A stretch of 64,000 bases of DNA from Macrostomum lignano (Eukaryota): the NCBI GenBank assembly GCA_002269645.1, contig NIVC01000993.1, positions 62,001 through 126,000 on the forward strand. The letters are read 5' to 3'. A program made the position numbers and the translations under genes. Below, in pieces: positions 1 to 39,460 of the stretch. The notes under the pieces were generated by a model that was not told the DNA's origin, made no database searches, and saw only the letters and a list, made by a program, of their open reading frames with translations. Each line of letters opens with the position of its first letter. Position 1 is the first letter of the stretch.

Positions 1-235
1 TGAAGCTATCACGATGAAGCTAGAGATGAAGCTATCGAGATGAAGCTAGAGATGATGCTAGAGTTGAGGCTGGAACGTAGGGTGAGGATCACTAGGGATG
101 AAGCTAGGGGTGAAGCTAGGGGTGAAGCTAGGGATGAAGCTGGGGATGAAGCTAGGGATGAAGCTGGGGATGAAGCTAGGGATGAAGCAAGGAATCATTA
201 TATCAATGAGGCTGGGGATATAAGCTAAGGATGAG
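1..235. repeat. 12-bp minisatellite GATGAAGCTAGG
   Basis: Tandem units visible directly; degenerate at the left end. Confidence 0.9.
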
Positions 236-371
236 ACTGTGGCAGGGGATGTGGCAGAGACGAAGCTAAGAATAAAATTTGACAAGTATTTAAATCTCAA
301 GCTAGTACAAGGTACCACCTATTCAAAATCTAATGAATTGTTAAACCCTTCGATAATCCGAAACACTGCAG

Positions 372-27364
<26,993 letters not shown>

Positions 27365-28683
27365 CTGAAATAATTCCTCACATTACACAGGGTCCTGTCT
27401 AAATGCACAACTAAAGCACTCGAAAGCATATTTGTTCATGGGTGCTGGCTTTTTCGTCATCTATATTATTTTATTTCCTGGATATTTAGTAGGATGATTA
27501 AAATACAAAATGATGAAGAAGTAGCCATACATGAACATGCAATTAGGGTGCTTTTGTATCAGTCGAATCTTTGATTCATTTTTTATCCCCTAATTCGAAT
27601 CTAGATTGAAACTTGCGAGCAGAACTGTGCAAAACATGTTTAATACCTAATAGATTGAATCAATTTGTTGAACACTATATTTTTAGTCATTTTTATATAC
27701 TACTGTTTTAAGCATTCATCGAGATCGTGTTGTTAATTCCTTTGCAAAACCATCTAATAAACACAATGCGCATATACTGTGGGTTCTACCAGTTCGTAAT
27801 CCACTCGATTGCAGGTGGCTTTTTGAGTTGCTTTGTGTGTTCTAGCGTCAGGACAGAGTAGAGTATAGTTTGTCATATTGGTTACCATAAAGTGTCTGAT
27901 GATCTACTTGAGAAAATTGCAACGAACCCGTTTTTGTGCATGTGCTATACAGCTACTGCTAAAGGTTAATTGCTTTTTCAGACGAAAGTAAATATATTTT
28001 CGTAAATTGTCACGAGGTGCCAAATAAGCAAGTCAGCAATACATAACAACAATAGCTCGCAAAAATATTTTCAATGAATATCCTTTTAGTTAATTTGCGC
28101 CATCAAGCTCGGATGAAAGCATGTTTGCGTAATTAAAATCCGTCAATACTCGCATAATTATGATTTTTGCTTTTAAACTAGCGCAATTTGTCTATTTAAC
28201 TTCTTTTGTAATGATTGCTTCGAAAAGGCAGATTTTTTATTTCTATTTGCAGAATCCACTCATGTTTTTTACAGACTACTTTGTGTAGTAATATATTCAA
28301 TACAAAGCTGCTTATTCTCGCCTTTTGTTTTAACCAAACTCTTAAGCTAATAATCGGTTGCCCATTTACATGTAGCTTTTTGGTGTTATACTGAGCTACT
28401 TCGGCTCTTTTTTGGCTATGCACTATGCACTGTATATGGATGCATGTACGTATACTCGTAAACTACGTGTTAATTTCTAAAAATAGATCGCTGCACAAGC
28501 TTCAGTAAGATCAAATTGCTTTATTATAACTGCCATACAAATAATCCATCAAAAAATAAAATTGATTAAGAAATTTATTTATAAGCAATTAAATTGAAAA
28601 TTAATTTTACCATGTTTCAACGATTGCGTCAGCTTTTTGTCGATTTCTATTTCATGGTTGACTTCAACTTCGTCTCTCTCTCT

Positions 28684-29014
28684 CAGGGGCGTCTCCACTG
28701 GTGGGACAGGTACATGTCCCCCAGTAAAAGCTATAGGGGGGGGGAATGCCAATGCATTGTCCCCCCCCCCACCCCACCAAGGACCACCTAGCAGTATATC
28801 CTGCTAGTGGTCCTTGCACCCACCTTTTGTGACCCGTTGTAAAATCGATAGTTTTGCTTCAGGGCGCCAAAATGTAGCGCATTTGGCTCCAAAATGAGTG
28901 CTAACATGCAACACCGATTCTCAAAATAGTGTACATGTAAGAATTTAGTCAATGTAAATGTACAATTCTTGGCTTGCCTCTTCTACAACCATAAAATCCA
29001 TGGCGACGCCCGTG
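28684..29014. mobile_element. Possible hAT-type MITE remnant
   Basis: Imperfect TIR CAGGGGCGTCTCCA / reverse complement CACGGGCGTCGCCA; no TSD recognisable. Confidence 0.3.
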
Positions 29015-29292
29015 GATTTTTTAGTCTAAATACGAGACAATGTAACTCTAGTGTTGAAATGGAGTGCATTTTCTTTAACGTTTACGACTTAGATGGTACT
29101 GTACAAAAAATCAAATGCATACTACAGCAATGAAAATCTTTAAAAAATTAAACTAAAAGCATTTTTGCAATATAACATCTGAGTAGACCAGACCTTACAC
29201 CAAAAATATCTTTTCAATTGAACATTTGTGAGCTTCATAGCACACCCCGAATGCTCAAATGGAGAGATTTCTTCGTGCTTTTTTATCTGTTG

Positions 29293-29490
29293 TGGAGACG
29301 CATCGTTCGCCACAGCGGCAAAAAACACCTGGGCTTGTTTGGCAACTCTGGCGACCTCAGCCTCTTTTTCTCGTCTGTTGAAAGCACAGAAAGAGGTGGA
29401 TTCGAGCGTTGTCAGCATATTGAAGACCGAGATGCTGACTGTGTCTGCTGACGTATCAGCGCGGACCTGACATGCCACGGCGTAGACGCG
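29293..29490 (+). pseudogene. Degenerate RT fragment of the same RTE-like family
   Basis: RRIVRHSGKKHLGLFGNSGDLSLFFSS and KTEMLTVSAD align to RRTSRRHPEKKLFVLGYADDLALLSS and KTEVLTVPHD; nucleotide similarity to 30435-30500. Confidence 0.7.
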
Positions 29491-30196
29491 CGCTGCCAGC
29501 AGTGGTTCATCACACCAGCAGTCTGGTGCTCCATGTGGAGAGAGGAAAACCTTTCATATGAGGGGCCAGGCCCGAACCCATTGATCAATCCAAACTAGAT
29601 GTACATGTATAGCTGTTCTACGTGTTCTCTATACACTACATAGCTATCTGAACCATATGTCATCACAGCCTTAAAAGGATCCCCTGATAAAAATCCGTCA
29701 GTATGATCCCGAAGTTCCCGATTTGTGCCCAAGCAGATTCCTATTGGCTATTCGGCTGAATGCTGCTCCCCGCTAGCTCCAACCCTTGATACTCATCCCA
29801 GGCGGGGCTCCGGCCTCGCCAGGTCTGGTCATACCGTAGATCCAGGTTCGCCAGGTCACAGAGTGGTGGCAGCCAGTGGGTCATGCAATAACCCGATGAT
29901 CAATATTTGCACCTTAGCTATCGATGGGGCACATTTGGGGATCCTTTACCCCGTCTCTAATATAGCACTACCAAAAAGTTATCAATAATGCATGGGCGGG
30001 ACAACCTGAAAGCGATCTGTCGGTCATAGTCTGGTCATAGACGGCTGGCAGCTATCCCTATTTTTTAGCATATTGAGTGCACTATCATATGAGGGGCTGC
30101 TGACGTCATACGATCTGATCCTTCCCCCATGAGAAGACGGTTCACTAGTAGGGCGATTACATACATGTAAATCATCATCAGTTCGACACTTCATCA

Positions 30197-30575
30197 GTAG
30201 TTCTGCAGGGCGACACTTTGGCGCCGTTTCTCTTCGTGCTGCTGCCACTGGGTGCTTCGGACCGCAGTCTCCTCGACTAACGACGGCTTCCTGCACTGCG
30301 CAGACGCATCGGTCGACGCCACGGCGAAAAGTGCCTTATTATTATTTGCTTGGCTCGTCCGATTAAGGCGCCCAGCGCCAGATCGACAGGTTGGTCAAGG
30401 TGGCATTGAGCGTCGGACTGGTTGTCAACACGCTGAAGACCGAGGTGCTGACTGTGCCGGCCGACATCCCAGCGGACCTGACATGTCGCCTCGCAGACGG
30501 GCGGATGACCACGCTCGCGCGAACGCTACCAGCGGTTCACCTACTCGGCGGTCTGGTGCCTCACGTGGACGAAGT
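30197..30575 (+). pseudogene. Degenerate RT fragment of an RTE-like element
   Basis: VLQGDTLAPFLFVL, GLVVNTLKTEVLTVPADIP, LGGLVP match the element at 18-21 kb. Confidence 0.85.
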
Positions 30576-31385
30576 GTGCAATTTTTTAAGAATGCTATAC
30601 AGGCCTATAGTTTTCACAAGGACTTCTAGACTAACAGGACGTAAAACTCAAAGATCGTGCAATTTTTTAGAGACCACGATTTCCTGGAAAAAATACACTG
30701 CGGAGATAGGAAAAAATCATTTTTTTTGTCACAAAAGCAGGGATTGTATTTGATCTGGGGCAGTGAAGACTACCATTATTTTAATTTAACATGCACAACA
30801 TGTTACTCTATTATATTTTCATATAGCTGTGTATTGAAGTTTTCATTTTCATGTTGTTTTTACTTCATTTCATAAGCCCAAAGTCTAGAAGTCCTTGAGT
30901 TTTCAAGAGTGTTTTTTGCATTTAAAAAAAGTTATTATATTGTTAGCTTTTATTAATTCAAGCTTGGTTGTTGTTTGAATTTTTAAAGGCAATTTTAGCT
31001 TGAAAGAAATATTAGGGCCTAACTAAAAATAAAAACATTAAAACAGGTTGCTACATTAGCATTTCAGCCTATTCAGCTCGGACTTTAGGCTTCATTTAGG
31101 AGCTGTCTCGCTACGAAGCTACCACAATGCTGCAGTAGACCTGACGCAGTCAGCTTGCCCCTTGCATATGACTACCAAGCTTCCTGCAATGCAGCTGCAC
31201 GGCGCTGGCTGAGGATGGTCTATCGTTATGTTGGCAGCGGTGTAATAAAATCTAATAGATGTAAAGATATAATATTAAAAAATGTAAAAATATCACAAAT
31301 GTTAAAACATTCAGAAATCATAGACATAGTTAAAACTTAATTTAATTCAAGTTAAAATTACACAGCATCATCTCTTCAAATTATT

Positions 31386-33239
31386 GGGTGCGTTTGAGTG
31401 ACTTAAAATGACTTAAACTGCCATTTTAACGTCCTTAGTAAAACAAATGTTAAGCAGACTAAATGTAAAAATAATCTAGGTAAATGATAGTCAATTTACA
31501 ATTAAGAATTAATTTAATTTCTAAAACCGGTCTAAGATTAAAAAAATGTCGCCTATACTTCTTCCAACTCAACCTGAACGCCTAGGCACCGTTTTAACTT
31601 CGCTCGCAATTACCACATTTATCGTAATTGAATATTTTGTATTCTTCACCTTTGTTCTATCATTTTCTTTCACATCTTTTTGCTCAGTTCGCTGCCCGTC
31701 ATAATAGTCTTTGAATAATTGCTTAGTACTAATATTGTTTATTTATTAATTGTTATTACATAGTAGTTTATTTGGACTTGGAATATAGTCACTATTATTG
31801 TTGCTACTGTTATTATTTTTCTATTGGAGTTTTGTACTTTTTCAGCTTGGTTCTTATTCTTCAATATAGTATCTGAGTGAACTTCATGTTATAGTTTTGT
31901 CTTTCTATTTATTCCGTAGCTATTGTAATACCAAGGAATTATTCACTTTGGTTAAATCATATTATTTTATTGCTATCTGGCCTATTTTTTTCTCAATGAA
32001 TAGTTGACTGACTTACCTTGTTTTTTATTCTTTTGCTTGTTTGAATATAGTAATTAGCTCCTTATTTATTATCTTTATTCATCACAGTCAACTTATATAA
32101 ACCAAAAAAAACATTTCTTTCAAATATACCTCTGCATCAATAAGTTTCATATATTTTTTGTATTTTGTGCCAATCTTTGTAAATTTGTTTACAGTTTCTC
32201 TTGTTGCATATACTCATTTTTTGCAAGTAGTGTTAATCTGCACCGCTGGATAACAATGCCTGTATTTGATGTTTTCATAGAAAATGGTGGACAATTGTGT
32301 AGGCTTCTTGTGGAGTCGACTAATTACGACACCGCCGTGCAGTATTTGGTTGGAGGTAGGCAACTTTTTGTTTCTGAAATGACTACTATATAGATTATCT
32401 GAGTAGATGCTGCTATATAGATGCTGCCCCTTCGTACATGTAGTTGAATATATCCTGCTTGCATACACCCAGCAACTGCAACGCAAGATAATGGATTGCT
32501 GAGGCTAACACTGAAAGATGTTGAGACAACAACTCGAATTGTCGATGTTTTTGACAACATCGATGACTCTCGCATTCCATTTGCGACTAATGAGTTTCAA
32601 CGTCAAGGTACTGTTCGACTCACATCGGTTCATGTGATGTTCAGTTCATGGCATTCGCGTTATCTATAGAAAACTATAGATACTATATTATAGAATACAA
32701 TATACAATCTAAATATACTAAATCTCTAATACTATACTATAGATACAATACTATAGAATAAATAGAAAGACAAAACTATAACATGAAGTTCACTCAGATA
32801 CTATATTGAAGAATAAGAACCAAGCTGAAATAGTGACTATATTCCAAGTCCAAATAAACTACTACGTAATAACAATTAATAAATAAACAATATTAGTACT
32901 AAGCAATTATTCAAAGACTATTATGACGGGCAGCGAACTGAGCAAAAAGACGTGAAAGCAAATGATAGAACAAAGGTGAAGAATACAAAATATTCAATTA
33001 CGATAAATGTGGTAATTGCGAGCGAAGTTAAAACGGTGCCTAGGCGTTCAGGTTGAGTTGGAAGAAGTATAGGCGACGTTTTTTTAATCTTAGACCGGTT
33101 TTAGAAATTAAATTAATTCTTAATTGTAATTTGACTATCATTTACCTAGATTATTTTTACATTTAGTCTGCTTAACATTTGTTTTACTAAGGACGTTAAA
33201 ATGGCAGTTTAAGTCATTTTAAGTCACTCGAACGCACCC
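31386..33239. mobile_element. 1854-bp DNA element with ~500-bp terminal inverted repeats and 3-bp ATT target duplication
   Basis: Left TIR 31386-~31915 (GGGTGCGTTTGAGTGACTTAAAATG..), right TIR ~32755-33239 (lacks ~50 bp); ATT at 31383-31385 and 33240-33242. Confidence 0.9.
32256..32669 (+). CDS. Two-exon ORF inside the long-TIR element (~99 aa, unknown)
   Basis: Exon 32256-32355, intron GTAGGC..CCCAG 32356-32472, exon from 32473 (donor at 32607/32608 or stop 32667-32669): MPVFDVFIENGGQLCRLLVESTNYDTAVQYLVGATATQDNGLLRLTLKDVETTTRIVDVFDNIDDSRIPFATNEFQRQG.. Confidence 0.55.
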
Positions 33240-35060
33240 ATTGCACCCGAGTGCCATCGATAAAAACCCGGACCCGGACATAAATAAAAATGACTAAATT
33301 CCAATTTTGATAAAGATTGGATCACAACTGGCTTATATTTATCATATATTATCAGTTGACTAGCTTAATTGTGTCACCATAAAACATTATTTCCACTACA
33401 AGACTGCATTGAAACTTGGAGTTGATTTGGATTGCATTACCATATTATTGCCTTTTATTTTCTTGCCAACTTTAATAGAGAAGTGATACTGACTGAGAAA
33501 CTGATTGCATTTTAAGGGATGCAATTGTTTCATCTGCTGTCAAATCGTCTGCCGGCAGACGAAACAACTAATCAGTGGTGGGGATGTTTTTAGATAAATA
33601 ATAATGTATTTTGATTATAATATTGATAACAATTATCTTGATTATTAATTCATGCATAATTTAGTTGCCAATATTTTAAGCAAAGTGAAATAATTTGTTA
33701 TAGTTTGTTTACATGTTGCATAACATAATTCACCCGAGTGGCATTGATAAAAACCCCGACTAAAGGTACAAAAACGAGTGCATAAGATCGGGTAAATGCC
33801 ATGTCATATGCCACGGTGACATGTCTTCTACTCAATTAAAAGCGGGCTTATGTATAAATCCAATGAACTATTTTCCACGCATAATTAAAATTGTCATTTT
33901 GCTGTTTTTAATATAGATCGATGGATTAGTTCAAACAGTGGAAAGAAGTTTCAATGTTACTGCAATATTACTAGTTGCATTGCAAAGTGTAGAGTATTTA
34001 AATCAGAATGAGAACTGTTTACTGTTATCAGGGAACTGTCTATTTATAATACCTTAAAACATTTAATAAAAGAAGGCCTAACCCTCTATACAGGCCTATT
34101 ATGTAGGGTATACTGTATATAGATCTTTTTAATTTATAAAGACCTATCTTTGTTCATTTATTTTTAGTCAATGCTAAGCCTCTACTATAATTATATGTTA
34201 TTAAAATATATCATTATAAAATAGTTGGGCCCTATACTAGCTAGGCTTATACTTATAGCTTGCAAATTTATATCAAATTTATATCCAACATTTTTCTAAT
34301 CCTAATCTTTTTACAAATCTAGCTTTTCCTTAGCCTTAGTATTTTTAGATTAGATACAATTTTTTAGCCTTAATATTTTTTTTCAATTTAGTTTCTTTTC
34401 TAGCTATAATCCTTATTTGAATTTTTTAGTTTAAATTAATCTTTAAAAGCTACTTTATCCTTAAGCCTAGCCTTAATTTGTCTAACAATGTAGCTTTCCC
34501 TTATCTTAATCATAATCCTTTAAAGAATCTAGTAGCTCTATAACCGCAATCCTTTAAGTAATCTATCCTCTCTCTTATCTTAATCATCTAAGAAATTTAG
34601 CCACTTTCCTATCTCAATCCTCTAGGAATTTAGCTGCTTTCTTATCTAAATCTTCTAGGGGATCTAGCCACTCCCAATTCCCAATTCTCTAAATAATCTA
34701 GCTGCTTTCTTATCCAAATCCTTTAGGGAATCTAGCCACTTCTCTTTCCCAATCCTCTGGAAAATCCAGCCACTCCACTTTCCCAATCCTCTAGGAAATT
34801 TAGCTGCTTTCTTATCCAAATCCTCTGGGGAATCTAGCCACTCCCCTTTCCTAATCCTCTAGGGAATATAGTCCCTCCTCTTTACAAACCCTCTGCGGAA
34901 TCTAGCCAATCCCCTTTCCTAATCCTTTGGAGAATCCAGCCACCCCCTTTCCTAATCCTCTAGGGAATCCAGCCACTCCCCATTCCTAATCCTCTATGGA
35001 ATCTAGCCACTCCCCTTTCCCAATCCTCTGGGGAATCTAGCCATTCCCCTTTCCTAATCC

Positions 35061-35795
35061 TAGTGATGGATCAAAATTATTTTTCAAATCGAAATCAAAA
35101 TCAAAATTTTCGGTTCCTTAGAATCAAAATTGAAATCAAAATCAAAATTGAAATTTTTTAGCTTAACAAATTTTTACTTTTTCGCTAATCATGCAAAAAG
35201 GTTAACACCTTGCCTCTGCATGTATGAGCTTACATGTTTTATAAAAAGTAGCTTTGATATGTTTAAACCAGAATACTTAAGATTTAACTTACTTTAAAAA
35301 TACAAAATAGAAAATGCTGGTGTATTATATATTATACACTCATACATCGAAATATAGTAGAAGTTGTATTATACTTCACTGCTGTTTAAGCTGAAGATTT
35401 AGATACAAGTAGCCTATATCCATTTCATTAAGGCTTTAAGTCTTTAGCCAATTTAAATCCATGCCGATAAGTTCAGCCAGTGGGCTTGTGGAGGTTGAGG
35501 TGGGTGCAGCACAAGGCCTGGAACAGTGTGTGCCCCGCATAATCTTTCTTGTAGAAAAGGCAATTCTCACCTCCCCACTGAGTCTTTGAACCGCACTTCT
35601 TTTCACTTCCTATAGATTTTCTTTCTTGTGTAGCATGATCATTAATGTCTAAATTGTTAAAATATAGCCAAAATTTGGAAATGATTTTCAATAAATGGTG
35701 TCAAAATTCGAAATCAAAATCAAAATTATTTTGATGCAAAATTAGTTTCAAAATTTGGAATATCGAAATCGAAATCAAATTTCGATCTATCACTA
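35061..35795. mobile_element. hAT-type non-autonomous element (735 bp)
   Basis: TIR TAGTGATGGATCAAAA / TTCGATCTATCACTA, perfect 8-bp TSD CCTAATCC (35053-35060, 35796-35803), subterminal AAATCGAAATCAAAA repeats; absent from the right arm. Confidence 0.9.
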
Positions 35796-35980
35796 CCTAA
35801 TCCTCTGGGGAATCCAGTCAGTCCCCCTTCCTAATCTTCTGCGGAATTTAGCTGCTTCTTTTTCCCAATCCTCTGAGGAATCCAGTCATTCCCTTTTACA
35901 AATCCTCTAGGGAATCCAGCCACTCCCCTTTCCTAATCCTCTGGGGAATCTAGCCACTCTCCTTTCCCAATCCTTTAGGA

Positions 35981-36751
35981 AGGTTTTTGTTTTGACCACT
36001 GTGCCAGTCTGGTGGAAAGTAATTCAAATGTCTGCAATGGTAGAGAACAAATACTATTACATTACATTAGTCATTACATCTATTAAGCTTTAAGGCCTAT
36101 TATCTCAAATATGTAATTGTATGTAATTGCATCAAAACAATTGCATGAAAAGAAACATTAGCTTACTTGAAGAACTCCAAGATTGTCATTTAAAATTCCT
36201 GCGACTTCAGGAGAAGCACACATGCAAATATTGGAGCCGCTGCGACACTTCATGATAATAATGATATGATAGTCAGCAAACATTAGATGTGCCTGCAAGT
36301 GATTAAGCAAATTTATTCATTTACGCACAGGTGGTACTACCACACAGTCTGTTAGTCTGGACAAGTACAAAATTTAAAATTTAACTTTGGTGCATAGTAT
36401 GCAATTCAATATAGTTACCAAATCCTCCAATGTATGCACCAAGGGAGTTTGCTGAACTTTTTCTTGTGCAGCACGTTTGTACACAGATTTTTCTTCAGCA
36501 GTTAGACTTTTAAATTTGTCACTTAAAAAAGCCATGCGTTTCTTGGAAAAGTTATCTGAAATAATTGTAGATCATTACTCCATTTAAAACAAAAAAAGTA
36601 GAACTTACAAAAAAGAAACAACACTGAAGTTCAAAGCAAAAAAGCCAAACAAAATCTTACTTGTTCCCATAGTCTTCAAAAACATGGACTAGGCACTGGT
36701 CTTTCTTGGGCATAAACGCCAACTTCGGCACTTTTTCATGCTTAAAAATAG
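35981..36751 (-). pseudogene. Four-exon HMG-box gene fragment in the foldback spacer
   Basis: GT-AG exons 36661-36751, 36419-36555, 36167-36292, 35981-36031 with matching phases: ..PRKTSA*SMFLKTMGTNNFSKKRMAFLSDKFKSLTAEEKSVYKRAAQEK..AHLMFADYHIIIIMKCRSGSNICMCASPEVAGILNDNLGVLQTFELLSTRLAQWSKQKP; one TAG at 36689-36691. Confidence 0.7.
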
Positions 36752-36854
36752 CTGAAAATTGAATTGAAGACAAATAAACCAAACAATTATTATAAAACAT
36801 GATTTCCTTAAATGAAAAAAAAGGAAAATGGAAATATAAAAGGATGGAGATAAG

Positions 36855-37841
36855 TGTTGTAGGGGTCTGTCTCTCAGTTTAAGAATCTCACTGCTATTAC
36901 CAAAACTGTTGTAGGGGGGGTATTTATGGAACTCTTGGGATTTCTGAAAGATAGTATAATTTTATTACTAATAGGAGTAAGCCAAGGGTTGCTCCTGGTG
37001 GCGTGAGTGTCCGAGCAGCAAGACACTGTCTAAAGGTTAAACTCTCCGAGGGGGGGCTACGCGGCAGATCAGAGTTGCCTGGGGAATTATCGCACGATGG
37101 GAATTTCTAATAGCTAATAAGGAATGATTTCATGGGGAAGAGTTCACTTAATGGAATCGTTAAGGGGAGGCTAAGATTTCTAATAGTTAAACTTCAAAGT
37201 AGGGGAACGAAATACCGAGTCAGTTGGGAGTTAGAGTTGGGCCAGATAACTGGGTGACAGTAGGTCTGGGTAGGGAGTTGGCTGAACTCCAGGTCGAATT
37301 CTGGGGTCTGGGGGTTAGGGAAGGAAAGAGAGGCAAAGCTCTTGGTCACTGGGGGATAGGGGATGAGGTAATCACTGAGCGTGTCTGCAGGGTTGGAGGG
37401 GGGGGAAAGCTGTACGCTTATAGCTGGACAGATCCTTCGTGGGGAGAGGGGAGAGGCTGTACGCTTCGGCTAAACAGGCCTTGGGAAAGGGCTGAACGCC
37501 TAAATAAAGAACAGTGAGTCAGGCAGTGCCCAATTACAACCTTTGTATTAGCCAACCTCTTAAAGGAGAGTGGGCCACACGAGGAGGAAGAAGAAGTCTC
37601 TCCTGACGTTACAATCGCTCGCTTATATAGTATATTTTAACAAAATGTCAGACAATTTTAAACAAACATTTTACTAGATAACAATTTTTTACTAATATTC
37701 AAGTGCGCATTTATATTTTTAAGAAAAAGAAAACATTATACAAGCTCACATATTTTACGATATTAAAGGCAGAAATTTAGTCGTGAAGGCAACAAAGAAT
37801 AAGGTATTAAGATGCATTGCTATAATAAACTGCCTGCCTCA
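36855..37841 (-). repeat. 3' LTR (987 bp)
   Basis: About 97% identical to 45154-46141 by manual comparison. Confidence 0.95.
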
Positions 37842-38039
37842 ACTGGCCTTCCTACAATAAATTTTTAAAACAAGATATGCGAGTGCGAAAATTTATTAAA
37901 CAGGTAAATGTATTATTGCAAACAGATAAATGTACTATTGCAGAAAAATAATTGTTCAGTTCACACAGTTCACTCAAATGAAGCGAAATTCTTCAGGTAG
38001 CCAGTCCGGGTGTGGCCATCGGCACTTATAACCAAGCCA

Positions 38040-38893
38040 CTAAACTTCTTTGACGACGTTCTCAATGTTGTACTCACGATGTTCTCGATTTAAATCGCTC
38101 AACGCGTACACAGTGGTGCGTTGCCAGGCAGCGAGGGCCTGATTCAGCGGCATTTGGCGCAACATGCGCAGAGTGGGCCAAACGTCCTTGCACTGAGGGA
38201 AATCGCGAGCCACCCGAATTAGATACAATTTCAGCGTGGTGACGTGATGACGGAATTTGGCTCGTTGGTAGTCGGGCAAGTTGGCCACTACATTGTTGTA
38301 ATACTCGCCGAGGTTTTGAGGCGGCTGAGGCTGGGCTCGCTGAGCTGGTTCGGCCATCAGAGGCGGAATCTCAGCCTTAGACGATTCGCTCTTGACAATC
38401 GGGTCGGTCAAAGATCTGTACCGTGGCTGATGCTGCGACTGCATACTGTAATCTTCAGGCGGCTTTACGATCGGCGAATGAGAGTGTTCTCTGGGGTCGG
38501 CAGTCGAGGAAACGGCGGCGGCTTGGGAGTCGCTAGTGGGTGACGGTGGGCCAGTTTGTGGGCCAAGATGACCGGACTTCACTATGTGCGGCGCCTCCTT
38601 CAGGGAAATCACTTTTGATCGATTGCTACCGGGGGGCTGACGTTGCACGGCCTCAGGGTCGAGAGAACTGGGGCGTCAGCTTGCTTTTGCAAAAGCTGGG
38701 CACGCTTCTTGGGCGTAGCTGCAGGGGGCGGTTTAGTGACAACTGAAGCTACTTTTGACTTGTGGCACGGTAAGTTGGGCCTAGTGGCTTGCCTAATTGG
38801 CGCTGGCAGTTCATTCTCATCGTTGAACTCACTATCGTCGCTATCACTTAGGGAAAATTCGTCTTGTAGACGTTTGAGTTCTTCGGGATTCAT
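38040..38893 (-). CDS. Extra ORF3 of the gypsy element (frameshifted near 38650), unknown non-env protein
   Basis: MNPEELKRLQDEFSLSDSDDSEF.. overlapping a 202-aa frame ending ..YQRAKFRHHVTTLKLYLIRVARDFPQCKDVWPTLRMLRQMPLNQALAAWQR..; AATAAA downstream near 37893. Confidence 0.6.
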
Positions 38894-39460
38894 GACGGAT
38901 TGCAAGGTATAATTCAGATTGATAGCGGGAAGATAAAAGTCGAGTTGACAGTTAGTGTTGTGCAACCAAAAGCTTTTGTATTTACTATCCTCTTAAGTCT
39001 GTTATTTGATACTTCTTTGTTTTCATGACCCACCTCAATTTCTGTGTTCTTTGTGCTCTCATTCTTCTCTGGATCGATAATTTGAGGGGTTCTTTGTGCA
39101 TAGCTAGGGTCTGGGCGAGGGCTTCTTGTGTTCAAAATTTGGGGTTTGCCGGGCGAAGGGGGACGGCGAGGGAGGGGTAGAAAGGCGTAGACGGGCTTAA
39201 TATTCTAGATTGCGCAAGAATCTTACTGCTAATAGTAGGCGGTCTAGATGACAGTTGCAACGGTGTTTATTTTGGGAGGGGTGTCTTAAATTGTAGGGAT
39301 GACGGTGTGGGGGTTCGGGATCTCGCGGGGCAGAAGAGGGGGGTTAGAGCTGGGGGGCAGGAAAGGGGGGTTGGAGCTGAGGGGCAGGAGAGGGGGGTTG
39401 GGGCTGAGAAATCTTTTCGTTCGGGGCCTCAATCTCTGAGTCATCGGTCATTTCATTCTC

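Noticed and set aside
36661-36751. Alternative open frame of this exon (IFKHEKVPKLAFMPKKDQC), reminiscent of PKKDxC transposase motifs
   Set aside because: Splicing it to the next exon gives an immediate TAA; the other frame completes an HMG box.
37842-37859. LTR extending to CCTACAATA (inverted match to TGTTGTAGG)
   Set aside because: Similarity between LTRs stops at CTCA and the TAAG TSD fits only the shorter boundary; this stretch may be a weak PPT.
38040-38965. ORF3 as a retroviral-type env
   Set aside because: No signal peptide, furin site plus fusion peptide, or transmembrane anchor visible.
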